A DNA stretch of 64,000 nucleotides from Bdellovibrionota bacterium (GCA_044356295.1 JBIKWN010000005.1:33403-97402); one strand, 5' to 3'; shown: positions 29,787 through 41,800, numbered from the stretch's first letter. Program-made: numbers and translations. The notes: generated by a model from the letters alone, not told the origin.

Positions 29787-30692
29787 ATGGCCCAATCACT
29801 CAGTCTTATCCCACAGCTCCTCATCAATGGCCTTATTACAGGTAGTATCTATGCTTTAGCAGCTGCTGGTTTGACGCTGACTTATGTCTCGTTTCGAGTG
29901 CTCAATTTTGCACACGGAGCATTAGTCATGATTGGAGCATATTTATTTTATGCAGTTTTTATTCTTCGAGACGTAACATCACTTCTGCCCATAGTTCTTT
30001 TTCTACTCATAAGTGGTTTTATACTGTCTAGGTTTATTGATAGATGTTTTATAGCCCCATTTTCCAAAGTTCATCCGATTCTTCCTTTTGTTTCAACACT
30101 TGCATTGGCGATATTAACTGAAGCAAGTGTTTCAATGATTTTTGGAGTCAATGTTCTTTCTCTTTCTACAGAGATGAGTGATCTGATAGTTCTTCCTTTA
30201 GATCTCTCACTCACTGTTATGCAAGGATACTTTGTTGTTGTGAGTTTAATGACTCTTTGTGCTTTAGCACTCTACTTAAACAAAAGTCTCTTTGGAAAAC
30301 AGTTACTTGCACTTGCAGAATCACCAACGTATTTAGCTTCACTTGGTATATCTATTGACAACCGTCGAAGCGTTACTTTTTTTCTCGCTGTTGTTTTAGC
30401 ATTTTTTGCCGGAATATTTTTAGGATTCGAAACAAATCTGCAACCAATGATGGGAAGCTCCATTATGATTAAAGCATTTGCCGCAATGGTATTGGGCGGT
30501 ATGACTTCCCTGAGTGGAGCAATATTTGGAGCGTATCTCTTAGCAATTATTGAATCGTTAATGATCGGGTTAGATTTCGGAGCATTCTCGGTGCCTGCAA
30601 GTTACAGAGACAGTATATCGTTGGTCTTTGTTATGTTTATTTTGTTAGTAAGACCACAGGGATTATTCTCAAAAAGGGGACGTGCTGCCTAA
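29787..30692 (+). CDS. livH: Branched-chain amino acid ABC permease
   Basis: NGLITGSIYAL, VLNFAHG, KAFAAMVLGG and LLVRPQGLF. Confidence 0.9.
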   Translation: MAQSLSLIPQLLINGLITGSIYALAAAGLTLTYVSFRVLNFAHGALVMIGAYLFYAVFILRDVTSLLPIVLFLLISGFILSRFIDRCFIAPFSKVHPILPFVSTLALAILTEASVSMIFGVNVLSLSTEMSDLIVLPLDLSLTVMQGYFVVVSLMTLCALALYLNKSLFGKQLLALAESPTYLASLGISIDNRRSVTFFLAVVLAFFAGIFLGFETNLQPMMGSSIMIKAFAAMVLGGMTSLSGAIFGAYLLAIIESLMIGLDFGAFSVPASYRDSISLVFVMFILLVRPQGLFSKRGRAA

Positions 30693-31564
30693 TGAATCCT
30701 TATCATACCCACATTCTTATATTGATAGAGATCTATGTTATTTTGTCTCTTGGACTTCAGATTGTTTTGGGTTGGGGAGGTTTGTTTAACCTTGCTCACA
30801 TAGGACTGTTTGGAGTCGGTGCATATGTGGTGGCAGTTTTGACTACAGATTTTGCAATTTCACCGTGGACGGCACTGATGCTAGCGCCAATTGGTGCTGT
30901 TGTGATGATGTATCCAATTTATTTAGTTAGTTTGAGATTAAAATCAGATTATTTTGCTATTGGCAGTCTTGCTCTTTCACTCTGTATTTCTAGTATCTTT
31001 ATTAACTGGTCATCAGTGACCCACGGTGTACTTGGAATTGCCGGTATTCCGCGAATGAAGATCTTTGGTGTAACCACTGATGAAGATCTCTTTTTTTTAA
31101 TTGTTCTCAGTGTTGTGACTTTAGCTTTTATAATTTTTTCTTTAATACTAAAGTCTTCGCCATTCGGAAAATTTCTTCTCGCTCAAGCAGAATTTGAACA
31201 TGCTGTCGATGCGTTAGGTGTTAGTGCAGCAAAGATGCGATCGATTGCATGTATATTGAGCGCAATTTATGCTGGAACTGCTGGTGGGTTCTTTGCGATG
31301 TATTTATCTTTTATTGACCCAACCTCATTTTCACTCTCAGAGATGGTATTTATCCTTTCAATTGTAATTTTAGCTGGACTTTTTTCGGTATGGTCAGTGA
31401 TTGGGGCCACTATATTTTTAGTAGTACTACCCGAAGCACTACGGTTACCTGAAATGCCTTCATCAATTCTTGGACCAGGGCGCCAATTTTTGTATGCAAT
31501 GACTTTGTATTTAGTAGTGCTGGTTCGTGGAAAAAAAATATTCATAGCTCGGCGGGAAGTATAA
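30692..31564 (+). CDS. livM: Branched-chain amino acid ABC permease
   Basis: GLFNLAHIGLFGVGAY, LRLKSDYFAI, FIDPTSF and LPEALR. Confidence 0.88.
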   Translation: MNPYHTHILILIEIYVILSLGLQIVLGWGGLFNLAHIGLFGVGAYVVAVLTTDFAISPWTALMLAPIGAVVMMYPIYLVSLRLKSDYFAIGSLALSLCISSIFINWSSVTHGVLGIAGIPRMKIFGVTTDEDLFFLIVLSVVTLAFIIFSLILKSSPFGKFLLAQAEFEHAVDALGVSAAKMRSIACILSAIYAGTAGGFFAMYLSFIDPTSFSLSEMVFILSIVILAGLFSVWSVIGATIFLVVLPEALRLPEMPSSILGPGRQFLYAMTLYLVVLVRGKKIFIARREV

Positions 31565-31570
31565 AACGAT

Positions 31571-32302
31571 ATGTTACGCTTAGATAGTATTGAGGTCTCT
31601 TTTGGTCAAACGAAAATTCTTCGAGGAATTTCAACTAGTTTTACTTCAACTACCGGTATCATTGGTCCGAATGGATCAGGAAAGACTACACTTTTTAATG
31701 CAATTTCGGGTTTTGTTCCAACGTTGAAAGGATCAATTAGAATTAATGATGATGAGCTTGTTGGTAAAACACCAGATGCAAGAGCAAGAATGGGACTCGG
31801 TCGAGTATTCCAAAATTTTGGAATTTTTCGAGAGCTTACTGTTATTGAAAATGTAAATCTTGCTCTGAGTGCAAAAGAGTCAATATGGAGGACTTTTATT
31901 CCTTCACCATCCCATTCAAGAAAAATTGAAAGTCATTCCGAATCATTTTTAGAAGCCGTCGGAATAGTTGAAAAACGAAATGAAAAAGCTGCAAATCTTT
32001 CAGGAGGTCAAATGAGACTTCTAGAAATTGCAAGAGCGTTAGCGATGGATGCTTCTGTTTATTTATTAGATGAGCCCACAGCTGGAGTTTCTCCGAAATT
32101 AAAAACAGAGGTAGCTCGCGCGATTAAGCTTCTTATAGATGCAAAAAAAACAGTTCTTATCATTGAACATGATATGTCCTTTATTAGGCAGTTTGTTGAC
32201 CGAATCATTGTGCTTGATCAGGGACAGATTGTAGCAGATGGAGAGCCTGAAACAGTGACAGCTGATCCTAAAGTTCAAGAGATTTACTTTGGTAAGTCCT
32301 AA
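31571..32302 (+). CDS. livG: Branched-chain amino acid ABC ATP-binding protein
   Basis: GPNGSGKTT, GRVFQ, LSGGQMRLLEIARAL, LLDEPTAG and IEHDM. Confidence 0.85.
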   Translation: MLRLDSIEVSFGQTKILRGISTSFTSTTGIIGPNGSGKTTLFNAISGFVPTLKGSIRINDDELVGKTPDARARMGLGRVFQNFGIFRELTVIENVNLALSAKESIWRTFIPSPSHSRKIESHSESFLEAVGIVEKRNEKAANLSGGQMRLLEIARALAMDASVYLLDEPTAGVSPKLKTEVARAIKLLIDAKKTVLIIEHDMSFIRQFVDRIIVLDQGQIVADGEPETVTADPKVQEIYFGKS

Positions 32303-32403
32303 GTATTCCGTGCCCAAAGTTCGCTAAAACCCCTTAGATTTGCATGAGAAAATAATCAAGTTTAGACTCTTCAGTAACAGTCTTTATCCTGTGGAGCTAT
32401 ATT

Positions 32404-35091
32404 GTGAGTGAATTTAATCCTTCTTCTTTTGAATCAAAATGGCAGCAATACTGGGATAAAAATCAGACATTTAAAGTCGGAGCTCCTGGAGCAAAAAAAT
32501 TTTATTGTTTAGACATGTTTCCGTATCCATCTGGTACAGGACTCCACATAGGACATCCGCTCGGTTATACAGCAACTGATATTTATTCACGTTTTAAAAG
32601 AATGAATGGGTTCTCTGTGCTTCATCCAATGGGATACGACGCATTTGGTTTACCAGCCGAACAGCATGCAGTAAATACAGGTGAGCATCCTGGAATTATA
32701 ACAGAGAAAAACTGTGATGTGTTTACTGAGCAGATGAAAAAAATCGGCTTATCATACGATTGGAGTCGAGAGATAAAAACTTGTACTGCTGATTATTATA
32801 AATGGACGCAGTGGATTTTTCTTAAATTATATAACTCTTATTTTTGCGAAAAAGAAAATAAAGCTCGTCCAATTGAAGAATTAACAATTCCAAAAGAAGT
32901 TTCTGCAAAAGGTGAAGTTGCGATTCAACAATTTCAAGCAGAGCATCGATTAGCGTTTTATGCAGATGCAATGGTCAACTGGTGCCCTGCACTAGGAACC
33001 GTGCTTTCGAATGAAGAAGTCATAGACGGAAAATCAGAACGCGGTGGTCATGATGTATTCCGAAAACCAATGAAGCAGTGGATGCTTCGAATAACAAAAT
33101 ATTCTGAACGACTTCTTTCTGAGCTTGTTGATATAAATTGGCCTGAAGCAATCAAAGAGCAACAACGACACTGGATTGGAAAAAAAACAGGTGCAGAAAT
33201 CGATTTCCTAATCGCTGGTAGTGATGATCACATAACCGCGTTTACAACTCGTGCTGATACGTTATTCGGTGTTACTTTTTTTGTCATCGCCCCTGAGCAT
33301 CCTTTTGTCTCTGTAATAACGACTAAAGAGCAATCAGAGAAAGTTAAAAAATATTGTGAAGATGCATCAAAACTTTCTGACTTTGCACGAACCGTCGATA
33401 ACCGTAAAAAAACAGGTGTCTTTACTGGTGGATACGTTATTAATCCAATTAGCGATGAAAAAGTACCAGTTTATATCGGTGATTATGTTCTGAGTACCTA
33501 CGGAACAGGTGCCGTTATGGGTGTTCCTGCTCATGATGAAAGAGACTTTGAATTCGCACGCACTTTTCAAATTGCAATTCGTCCAGTATTAGCGCCTGAA
33601 AATGGTACGCCTGATTTTATTACAGCTCTTTTAGAAGGGGAGGTTGCATTTCTTGATTCTGGAAAAATGCTTGCTTCCAAATATAAAATCGCCGAATTGC
33701 TCAAACTAGAAGGAAAGAAAAATACCGAAGCTCAGATTTTGATCTCTGATTGGTTAGAGAAAAACCAAAAAGGTAAAAAAGTTACAAACTATAAACTAAG
33801 AGATTGGCTTTTCTCTCGCCAAAGATATTGGGGTGAACCAATTCCAATCATTCATTGGGAAGATGGTACCGTATCTTTTGTACCTGAAAATGAACTTCCG
33901 CTTGTTCTGCCTCAAGTAGAGGATTACAAACCATCTGATGGTGGTGAAAGTCCTTTGGCAAAAGCTAAAGATTGGCTCGATGTGGTTTGTTCAAAAACCG
34001 GTAAGAAAGGTCGTCGTGAAACCAACACAATGCCTCAATGGGCTGGGTCTTGTTGGTATTATCTTCGATTTATCGATCCTACAAATGATAAAGCAGCTTG
34101 GGATCCGAAACTCGAAAAATCTTGGATGAATGTAGATCTTTATGTTGGTGGTGCTGAACATGCTGTACTGCACCTTTTATATTCTCGGTTCTGGCATAAA
34201 GTCCTTTTTGATCTTGGTTATGTTTCAACAAGGGAGCCGTTCCAACGTCTTTATAATCAGGGGATGATACTTGCCCATGCGTATAAAGATTCCCGTGGTG
34301 CGTTAGTTCCAGTAGATGAAGTTACTGAAAAAGAAGATGGAACCTTCCTCCATCAGAAATCCGGTGGTTCAGTTGAGCGAATTATCGCAAAGATGAGTAA
34401 GTCATTAAAAAATGTGATTAATCCTGATTCTGTAATAGCAGAGTACGGGGCAGATACTCTTCGAATGTATCTGATGTTTATGGGTCCTCTTGATATGGCG
34501 CGTGTTTGGGATTCAAAAGCGATTCAGGGGAATTATCGGTTTCTTAAACGTGTGTGGACATTGTTTTCAACTGGTGGAGGAAGCAAAGAAAAACTTGTTG
34601 ATGATGCTTCCGTAAAATTAGAAGTTAAGAAAGCAATTCATAAAGCTGTTAAGAAAGTCACTGATGAAATTGATCAGCTTAAATTTAATACTGCAATTTC
34701 AACTTTGATGGAATGTTTAAATAGTATCCATTCCGAAAATCTATCCAAGGACTTAGCAAGTCGATTTTTGAAACTATTGTCACCGCTCGCACCTCATACA
34801 GCTGAAGAACTTTGGGAACTTCAGGGTTACAAAACTTCTGTTTCACTTGAAGCATGGCCAGCATTTGATGAATCATTACTTGAGGAATCAGTAGTGAGCG
34901 TTGTTGTTCAAATTCAAGGCAAAAAGCGAGCACTTATTGAAGTATCGGTTGATGTAACAGAAGATGAGCTTAAGTCAAAATCAATTGAGGCACTTCAAGG
35001 AACCGAGTATCAAGTATCAGGATCAGAGAAGTTTATCTTTGTGAAAGTTCCGGGTTCTGGAGTGCCTAAGCTTGTAAATATTGTTAAGTAA
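32404..35091 (+). CDS. leuS: Leucine--tRNA ligase
   Basis: MFPYPSGTGLHIGH, DWLFSRQRYWG, YVGGAEHA and KMSKS. Confidence 0.98.
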   Translation: MSEFNPSSFESKWQQYWDKNQTFKVGAPGAKKFYCLDMFPYPSGTGLHIGHPLGYTATDIYSRFKRMNGFSVLHPMGYDAFGLPAEQHAVNTGEHPGIITEKNCDVFTEQMKKIGLSYDWSREIKTCTADYYKWTQWIFLKLYNSYFCEKENKARPIEELTIPKEVSAKGEVAIQQFQAEHRLAFYADAMVNWCPALGTVLSNEEVIDGKSERGGHDVFRKPMKQWMLRITKYSERLLSELVDINWPEAIKEQQRHWIGKKTGAEIDFLIAGSDDHITAFTTRADTLFGVTFFVIAPEHPFVSVITTKEQSEKVKKYCEDASKLSDFARTVDNRKKTGVFTGGYVINPISDEKVPVYIGDYVLSTYGTGAVMGVPAHDERDFEFARTFQIAIRPVLAPENGTPDFITALLEGEVAFLDSGKMLASKYKIAELLKLEGKKNTEAQILISDWLEKNQKGKKVTNYKLRDWLFSRQRYWGEPIPIIHWEDGTVSFVPENELPLVLPQVEDYKPSDGGESPLAKAKDWLDVVCSKTGKKGRRETNTMPQWAGSCWYYLRFIDPTNDKAAWDPKLEKSWMNVDLYVGGAEHAVLHLLYSRFWHKVLFDLGYVSTREPFQRLYNQGMILAHAYKDSRGALVPVDEVTEKEDGTFLHQKSGGSVERIIAKMSKSLKNVINPDSVIAEYGADTLRMYLMFMGPLDMARVWDSKAIQGNYRFLKRVWTLFSTGGGSKEKLVDDASVKLEVKKAIHKAVKKVTDEIDQLKFNTAISTLMECLNSIHSENLSKDLASRFLKLLSPLAPHTAEELWELQGYKTSVSLEAWPAFDESLLEESVVSVVVQIQGKKRALIEVSVDVTEDELKSKSIEALQGTEYQVSGSEKFIFVKVPGSGVPKLVNIVK

Positions 35092-35251
35092 TTCCTGGGG
35101 TCATATCTGTAACACCGCGACCTTCTGGAATACCTGCTGTTCGACAAGCATCCTTATATGAAATCGTTCCACCTTCAACGAGAAGCGCTAGCTCTTGTGA
35201 TAAGAAAAATTTATCTTTTTATAAAAAGAAATACATGAGAAGGGAAGTAAA

Positions 35252-36352
35252 TCAACGAAGAGAGATTCCTGTACCAGAAGTTATATGTTGAATCGTCAAC
35301 ATGCCACCTTGTTGCCTAAATCCTCCAATAAATGGATTTTCGACCATCCAAGCAGGCGTATCAAGATCATGAAAGCGGAACAAACCTGTTCCGAAACTAA
35401 GATGTGCAGAGCTTGTCATTGCAAGAATTGTTTCAACATTTCCGCCAATCATAAGTTCAATTCCAGAATCATGACAAAGCTTTGCGATATCAAACGCTTC
35501 AACTAAGCCAGCCTTCATAATTTTTATATTTACAACGGGAGCACACTTCATATCGATAAGATTTTTTGCAGTAGATAGATCTTTAACGCTCTCATCTGCA
35601 GCAACAAGCACACCACTTTGGTCGCTCACTTTTTTTAATCCATCTAGATCATTTCCAGGAACAGGTTGTTCAAATAGTAAAGGAATAATATTAAACTTTT
35701 TTAGTTCTTCAATAAGTCGTAATGCTTCATCTGCACTAAATCCTCCATTGCCATCAAGAATAAGTGGTGAATTCGGTGCTTGTGAGCGAATGACCTTTAG
35801 GCGTGCAACATCTCGGTCAATTCCTAAGCCTACTTTTGTTTTTATTACTCGGATCCCTCTGTTTTGAATTTCTTTTGTGGAGGAGATCGCATGCTCAATT
35901 GACTCTTCAAAACTATGATTACTATTTGTGGTGATAGTCATATCTGTTTCAATTGATCCAACCGAAGAAGCCTTGTCACCAAATATGGTATGAAGCGGAG
36001 AAGAATTATGACGAGACAATGCATCCAAAATGGCAATTTCAAGCGCACATCTCGCTGAGCCACTATGATGTAGTTCTTTTTTTAGATAATCGGAAATATG
36101 GCGCCAATCACGCACATCTGTATTGATGAGGGATGGTATAGCTAATTCGATAGCCTCACGTGCCATTTGTTGGGTTTCACCATTATATGGTGGCAGAGGT
36201 GCAGCTTCTCCGTAACCTATACTAGCGTCATTAAGACGAACGGTTACAAGAAGATTATTCGCACAAACTTGAGCACCACCAGAGATACCAAACGGCTCTG
36301 TCAATGGAACATTTAAATTGCAAACATGTATTGATGAAATTTTCGTATCCAT
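35252..36352 (-). CDS. Dipeptide epimerase (L-Ala-D/L-Glu epimerase, enolase superfamily)
   Basis: GYGEAAP, KTKVG, LDGN, FEQP, ADES, NIKIMK and DLD. Confidence 0.88.
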   Translation of the reverse strand: MDTKISSIHVCNLNVPLTEPFGISGGAQVCANNLLVTVRLNDASIGYGEAAPLPPYNGETQQMAREAIELAIPSLINTDVRDWRHISDYLKKELHHSGSARCALEIAILDALSRHNSSPLHTIFGDKASSVGSIETDMTITTNSNHSFEESIEHAISSTKEIQNRGIRVIKTKVGLGIDRDVARLKVIRSQAPNSPLILDGNGGFSADEALRLIEELKKFNIIPLLFEQPVPGNDLDGLKKVSDQSGVLVAADESVKDLSTAKNLIDMKCAPVVNIKIMKAGLVEAFDIAKLCHDSGIELMIGGNVETILAMTSSAHLSFGTGLFRFHDLDTPAWMVENPFIGGFRQQGGMLTIQHITSGTGISLR

Positions 36353-36458
36353 TTTAATAACAATTACAAAAAGTATAGCTTTAGAAGTAAAATAATACTG
36401 AATAATACAAGATATATGAACGGTTTCATATAATTCACAGGTGACTTAAAGTAAGAGG

Positions 36459-38351
36459 ATGCAAAGCCTTACAACGTATAAAATTCTCCTCAGAAAGAAT
36501 AAAAGTGTGATGGCATGGCTTATTGCTGTTTTGATTTCAGGTTTCTTTGCTTTTTGGAACTTAGGTTCCGAATCGTATCATCCGGAGGATGAATCTTTGC
36601 ACGTGTCTGTTGTTCAGCAGATGGTCTTTAATGATCATTTGCTTATACCTCATTCTGAAAAAGGTCCTTATTTCAATAAACCACCTTTAAAAATGTGGAT
36701 GACGGTACCGTTAATTAAGATATTTGGCAGTTCCCCTTTTGTATATCGTTTCTGGGATGCGTTTTTTGGTTTTCTTACTATTCTTATGACCTTTTATTTA
36801 GGTAAGCATCTTTTCGATTCTTACCGAATTGGTATTTTTGCAGCACTCTTTCTTTGTAGTGCAACAATATTTTTGTTTGATCATTGTATACGTTCCGCGA
36901 CGCAGGATAGTGCGGTGGTTCTGATTACTACGTTAGCTCTTTATTGGGGGTCTCAGTATCTTCACCAGACTAAAGTAGATAAAGTTATCCTATTATTACT
37001 CACTGTAACGACTGCGTTTGGTTTATTTGTAAAAAGTGTCGGCGCGTTACAAGGAATTTTAATGCTGATATTTGTCGCAATTTTATTTCGACAATCATTA
37101 AAGAAAATACTGCCCTTATTTCTTGTTGTATTGGTTGCTGCAATTCCAATTGCTTCCTATTTTTCTTGGATATCATTGTTTCATAGCAGTGCTTTATCAC
37201 ATGCTTTGAATACTGAAATACTCAACCGCGTGGTACGTGGTTTACAAAGACGATATGAATATTTTTTCTATCTTGATCTAATATTTAACCGAAAAATGGC
37301 AATTGATGGTTTTGCATTTCTGATAGCAATTGTAACTGTGGCTTTTAGTTTTGCTCGTTATGAAAGTAAATTAAAACAAAACATCACTCTTGTAGCAGTT
37401 TTTGCAATCCTTCCTGTTGTAGCATTCTCTTTTGTGAGTACTCGGTTAGAGTGGTACATAGTGCCTGCATTACCTGCGCAAGCTCTGCTTTGTGCGTTTG
37501 CATTATTCACTCTTTGGAACCACTGTATTACAGCTAAATCATTGGATTCTCATTCCAATTATTTTGTTACGAAAGCCGCCCTGATATCTTCATTTGGTGT
37601 AATGTTTTTCGGTCTTATCATCCACCTTCACTCAACTTCTCATAGAATAATTTTTCCTGTTGCAAAATCTTCGATTTCTCAAATTGAAACAGCACTCGCA
37701 AATGAAAATGATATAAAAGGAGTTATTGTTCCAACTCAGATATTTAAAGAAGTACCTAGTCGATTCGAACGAGCGCATTTGAAATCTTTAGCTCGGGGCA
37801 ATATATATCAAGCAAAGTCAGAAGAAGATTTTTTTCAAAAAACTACCCACGACAAATCCATGTTGACAGTTGGACAACCTGAGGAAGTAATCTCTCTTTT
37901 TAAAAATGGAATTGTTAGATCGTACCGATCCTTGCCCCCTGTTATCCAGTATCCAAAACAACATCAAAGAAAACATTGGTTAACTATTATTAGTACCTCT
38001 GAATTTATTCCTAACGGTTTTACACCTGTTGTTCAGGAATACACGCTCAATTCGGAAAATTCATTTTTTCCTATGAATGATGATGTATATGCAAGAGAGT
38101 TGGGGGTAGATATTTTTGTTGTGATGGATCCTTTAGCCTCCGAAGAGTCAGTTATATTAACACTAAAAAGGCACCGTAATTCTGGTGGTTTTGATCTGCC
38201 CTGTGAAAGTAAGTCTCAAACTGAATTTGTATGCCGCGTTTCACCTGAGATCATGAAAGATGCCAGAGCTTCATTCGGTCAGGTGAAGGTAAAACAAAGA
38301 GTCGACTCTGTTCGGCAATACAAAGTACAGATCAAAATTCATTCTGATTAA
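36459..38351 (+). CDS. ArnT/PMT-family (GT83-like) membrane glycosyltransferase
   Basis: DE motif, YFNKPPL, multiple TM helices and WYIVPALP. Confidence 0.8.
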   Translation: MQSLTTYKILLRKNKSVMAWLIAVLISGFFAFWNLGSESYHPEDESLHVSVVQQMVFNDHLLIPHSEKGPYFNKPPLKMWMTVPLIKIFGSSPFVYRFWDAFFGFLTILMTFYLGKHLFDSYRIGIFAALFLCSATIFLFDHCIRSATQDSAVVLITTLALYWGSQYLHQTKVDKVILLLLTVTTAFGLFVKSVGALQGILMLIFVAILFRQSLKKILPLFLVVLVAAIPIASYFSWISLFHSSALSHALNTEILNRVVRGLQRRYEYFFYLDLIFNRKMAIDGFAFLIAIVTVAFSFARYESKLKQNITLVAVFAILPVVAFSFVSTRLEWYIVPALPAQALLCAFALFTLWNHCITAKSLDSHSNYFVTKAALISSFGVMFFGLIIHLHSTSHRIIFPVAKSSISQIETALANENDIKGVIVPTQIFKEVPSRFERAHLKSLARGNIYQAKSEEDFFQKTTHDKSMLTVGQPEEVISLFKNGIVRSYRSLPPVIQYPKQHQRKHWLTIISTSEFIPNGFTPVVQEYTLNSENSFFPMNDDVYARELGVDIFVVMDPLASEESVILTLKRHRNSGGFDLPCESKSQTEFVCRVSPEIMKDARASFGQVKVKQRVDSVRQYKVQIKIHSD

Positions 38352-38372
38352 TGAATAAAGCAGCAAACAGCT

Positions 38373-38732
38373 TTATACTACTTTTGGAGCAAATGAATTA
38401 CACCAACCGTTTGCAGCAACAAGTCCATTCATAAACAGTCCACATCGACCATATTCGCCTGATTGCCCTTCAACAGTTTTTCCGCCTTCTAGGTAAAGAA
38501 CACATCCTTTACAATTTTGACCTGCAGCATATTTAGGGAATTTTGCTTTATCAACTTTCGTTGCATCGCTTACGTAGCCAACGGTCCCTGCCATAGTATC
38601 AGAAGCATCAATAGCCTTGTTTGGGACAGTTTGTGCGCTAGCTGAACCTGAACAAAGTGCTCCAGCCACTGGGAGTACTGCAGCTCCAACAATAATCTGT
38701 TTTAAAAATGACCGACGGGTTTGATCTGACAT
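38373..38732 (-). CDS. High-potential iron-sulfur protein (HiPIP), Tat-exported
   Basis: TRRSFLK Tat signal; GQNCKGC, GRCGLF and GWCNSF supply four Cys ligands. Confidence 0.92.
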   Translation of the reverse strand: MSDQTRRSFLKQIIVGAAVLPVAGALCSGSASAQTVPNKAIDASDTMAGTVGYVSDATKVDKAKFPKYAAGQNCKGCVLYLEGGKTVEGQSGEYGRCGLFMNGLVAANGWCNSFAPKVV

Positions 38733-38868
38733 AAAGAGCCTTAATAAAATTTTTTTCTACAATATTAGTCTAACTCATAGATGATATTCGGCAATAAAAA
38801 GTTTTAATAAATACAGTAAAAGTTAAGATTTTTTCGCTTAATTGATGCCTTTATGCTAAGATTTGTAG

Positions 38869-41800
38869 ATGTCTATTCTTGAACTTTCTACTCAACTTAA
38901 TCCTCAAGACTTTCTTAAATCTGTAACCTCACGATCGATGATTGACCAGGGTACTGCACTGTTTAAATCAGGTGGCGTTGTTGAGTTTAATCGTACTGCA
39001 CAGACGGTACGTGGAATTGTAAAAGATGGTGAAGAAACTTTTTCAGTTTCCTTGACCATGGTCGATCAAAATAAAATTGAAGCTCAGTGTGGTTGTTGTA
39101 CTGCAGAGGATATGCTGGAGTTTTGGTGTCAGCATGCAGTAGCTCTTTTTCTAAAGGCAAATGAATTAGGTTTTTTTGATCCTTCAGGTGGATTTGGATC
39201 TGAAGAATCAAAAATTCGAATGAATATGTCATCTCCAACTGAGATTGCAAGCGTTATATCGGATTTAAATCATATAGAAATTACGACTCAACGCCCCGTT
39301 GCATATCATCCGAAAGTTCAGGTTGTTCTTAATTGCAATACCGACAGACTCGGAGTCCAAATAATTTTTGACGGCGAAATACAACTTCCACGAGTATTTG
39401 ATGCTGGGCCTATCTCATCCCGCGCGCTTGATACCATTCTATTAAAAGTTCTTGAGGAATATGGAACATGGGATGAAGCAGAACAACTTTGGTATGTAAA
39501 CTCCAGTAGGGGTATTGAAACAGCACTAGGAATTATTCAAGAGTACGATCGAATAAGTTTGATTGGTGATAAAAAAACGAAACTAGCATTTCCGCAGGAA
39601 TTATTAGAGGCACTACTTATTATCGATTGGAAAGAAGGCTCAGCTGAGATTGCAATGGAGTGGGTGTTGCCTGATGGTTCACATGTTGCTCGTGTTGGAG
39701 AATTAATTGGTACTGGTCCATTTTGGACTTTAATTGGTTCGGATCTTCTTCGACTTTCTCCTGCAGCAGCAAAAGTATGTTCAGTATTCCCATATAATCG
39801 TTCTATTACAGTGCCGCGAACTCAAGTGGGCCCAATATTAGAAGAGATACGAACAGGAGTGTTTAACTCTAATTTTGTTTCTATCCGAAACGAGAAATTT
39901 CAACCGGATTCAGAAGTTAAACAACCAATACCTAAACTACTTGTATCCGTTAAAGACAATAGAGCCGAGCATTTTGCATCATCGGAAAGACTTTCTGTAG
40001 ATGCTGTGCTTGAGTTTTCTTATCCGCAAGCGCCAAAAAATAAAAATGTTGTCTTTTTGCCTGATAGAGCAAAAGAGCAAGAGTATATTGAAACTCTAAA
40101 ATCAATCGGTTTTGTTCAACACTTAACTGCTGGAAAGTTTACAATTCATGAAGATGACGCCCTTGATTTTATTTCTAAAGTTGACGAGCTCATTAGTGAA
40201 CCGTGGGTTATTTCAGGTGTAGAAATCCTAAAAGAGCGTATCCGTTTTGCTGAACTTACGCTTTCAGTTTCAGTGCAAGAGTCAAAAGGAGCTGAGTATA
40301 AAAAAGGCTCTCAGTATTGGTTTGATGCCCACATATCGTTAACACAGAATAATGCTAATTTGCCTATCAGCACTCTTTTTAAGACGACTAAAACAGGGGC
40401 TTCTGAGAGATGGGTTCGGCTTGATTCTGGGGCTTATGCACGCGTGCCTATGGGCAGCCTCCATCAATTGAGAACAACCCTTGGAATGATCGATCCAAGT
40501 TATAAATTAAGTAATGCCATTAAAGCTAAACTTGGTACTGCTCAAGCCGTAAGTTTAGGTAGGCTCTCTGATGCAGCAGTTAAAGTTAAATTAGATAAAA
40601 AACTTACCGACCTTCAAACAAAATTGATTGAATTTAAATCAATCGATCCAATTAAAGTATCGAAAAATTTCCAAGGTAAACTTCGCTCATATCAAGATGA
40701 AGGGTTTCGTTGGATCAATTTTCTTGATGACTTTGAGCTCGGTGGAATTCTTGCTGATGAAATGGGTCTTGGTAAAACAGTGCAAACCCTTGCATTTTTG
40801 CAGCACTTAAAAACAAAAAGAGCTGCAGAGTCTAAAGGTAGTGCAAAAAATAAGAAGGGAAAACCCACACTCATTGTTGCTCCAACCTCTGTAATTACTA
40901 ACTGGTGTTATGAAATTAAACGATTTACACCTGATCTAAGTTACCTATTACTTCAAGGTCCACAAAGGAAAGCTCTTTTTAAAGAGATTTCAAATCATGA
41001 TGTCATAATTACTTCTTATGCATTGCTTCGTCTTGATAAACCCGAACTTGAAAAGCATCAGTTTGAATATTTCATAATAGATGAAGCGCAAAATATTAAA
41101 AATCCAAGTGCTTCTGTTACAAAAGCTGCTAAATCTATACGAGCACGAGGAAGATTAGCTCTTACTGGAACACCTACTGAGAATCGACCACTTGAGCTTT
41201 GGTCAATCATTGATTTTGTTATGCCTGGGTATCTTGGAAGTGAGGAATTTTTTAAAGCAAATATTGAAAGACCAATTTTGGAATCTGAAGCTGCTGCATC
41301 AGTGACAAAATTCCTCAATTCAAAAACACGTCCCTTTATTTTGCGACGTACAAAAGCTGAAGTAGAAAAAGATCTTCCTCCGAAGATTGAAAGTGTTGTG
41401 CATGTAGAAATGGCTTCATCTCAGGCGCAGCTCTATGCACAGGTTCTTGAAGAGGTGCGTCCAAAAGTTATGGATGCAATTGAGAAGAAAGGTGTTGGGG
41501 GAGCAAGTATTTCTATCCTTGCTGCACTTCTGAGGTTACGACAAATTTGTAACCATCCAAACTCAATCGAAGCACTGAAAGATATTCAAGGATTTGAATC
41601 AGGTAAGTTTAATCTTCTGAAAGACCTTGTAATTGATGCATTAGAAAACGGCAGAAAAATGTTAGTTTTTTCTCAGTTCAGAGAGATGTTATCAATTATG
41701 AGGCGGTGGCTTGAAGAAGAGAAAGTTAATCATCTTTATCTTGATGGGACTACAAAGGATAGACAATCACTTATTGATCAATTTAATACCGATTCGAATG

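Noticed and set aside
35084..35236. Short minus-strand open stretch (DKFFLSQELALLVEGG...) between leuS and the epimerase
   Set aside because: No in-frame start identified and no recognisable family; cannot be supported as a gene.
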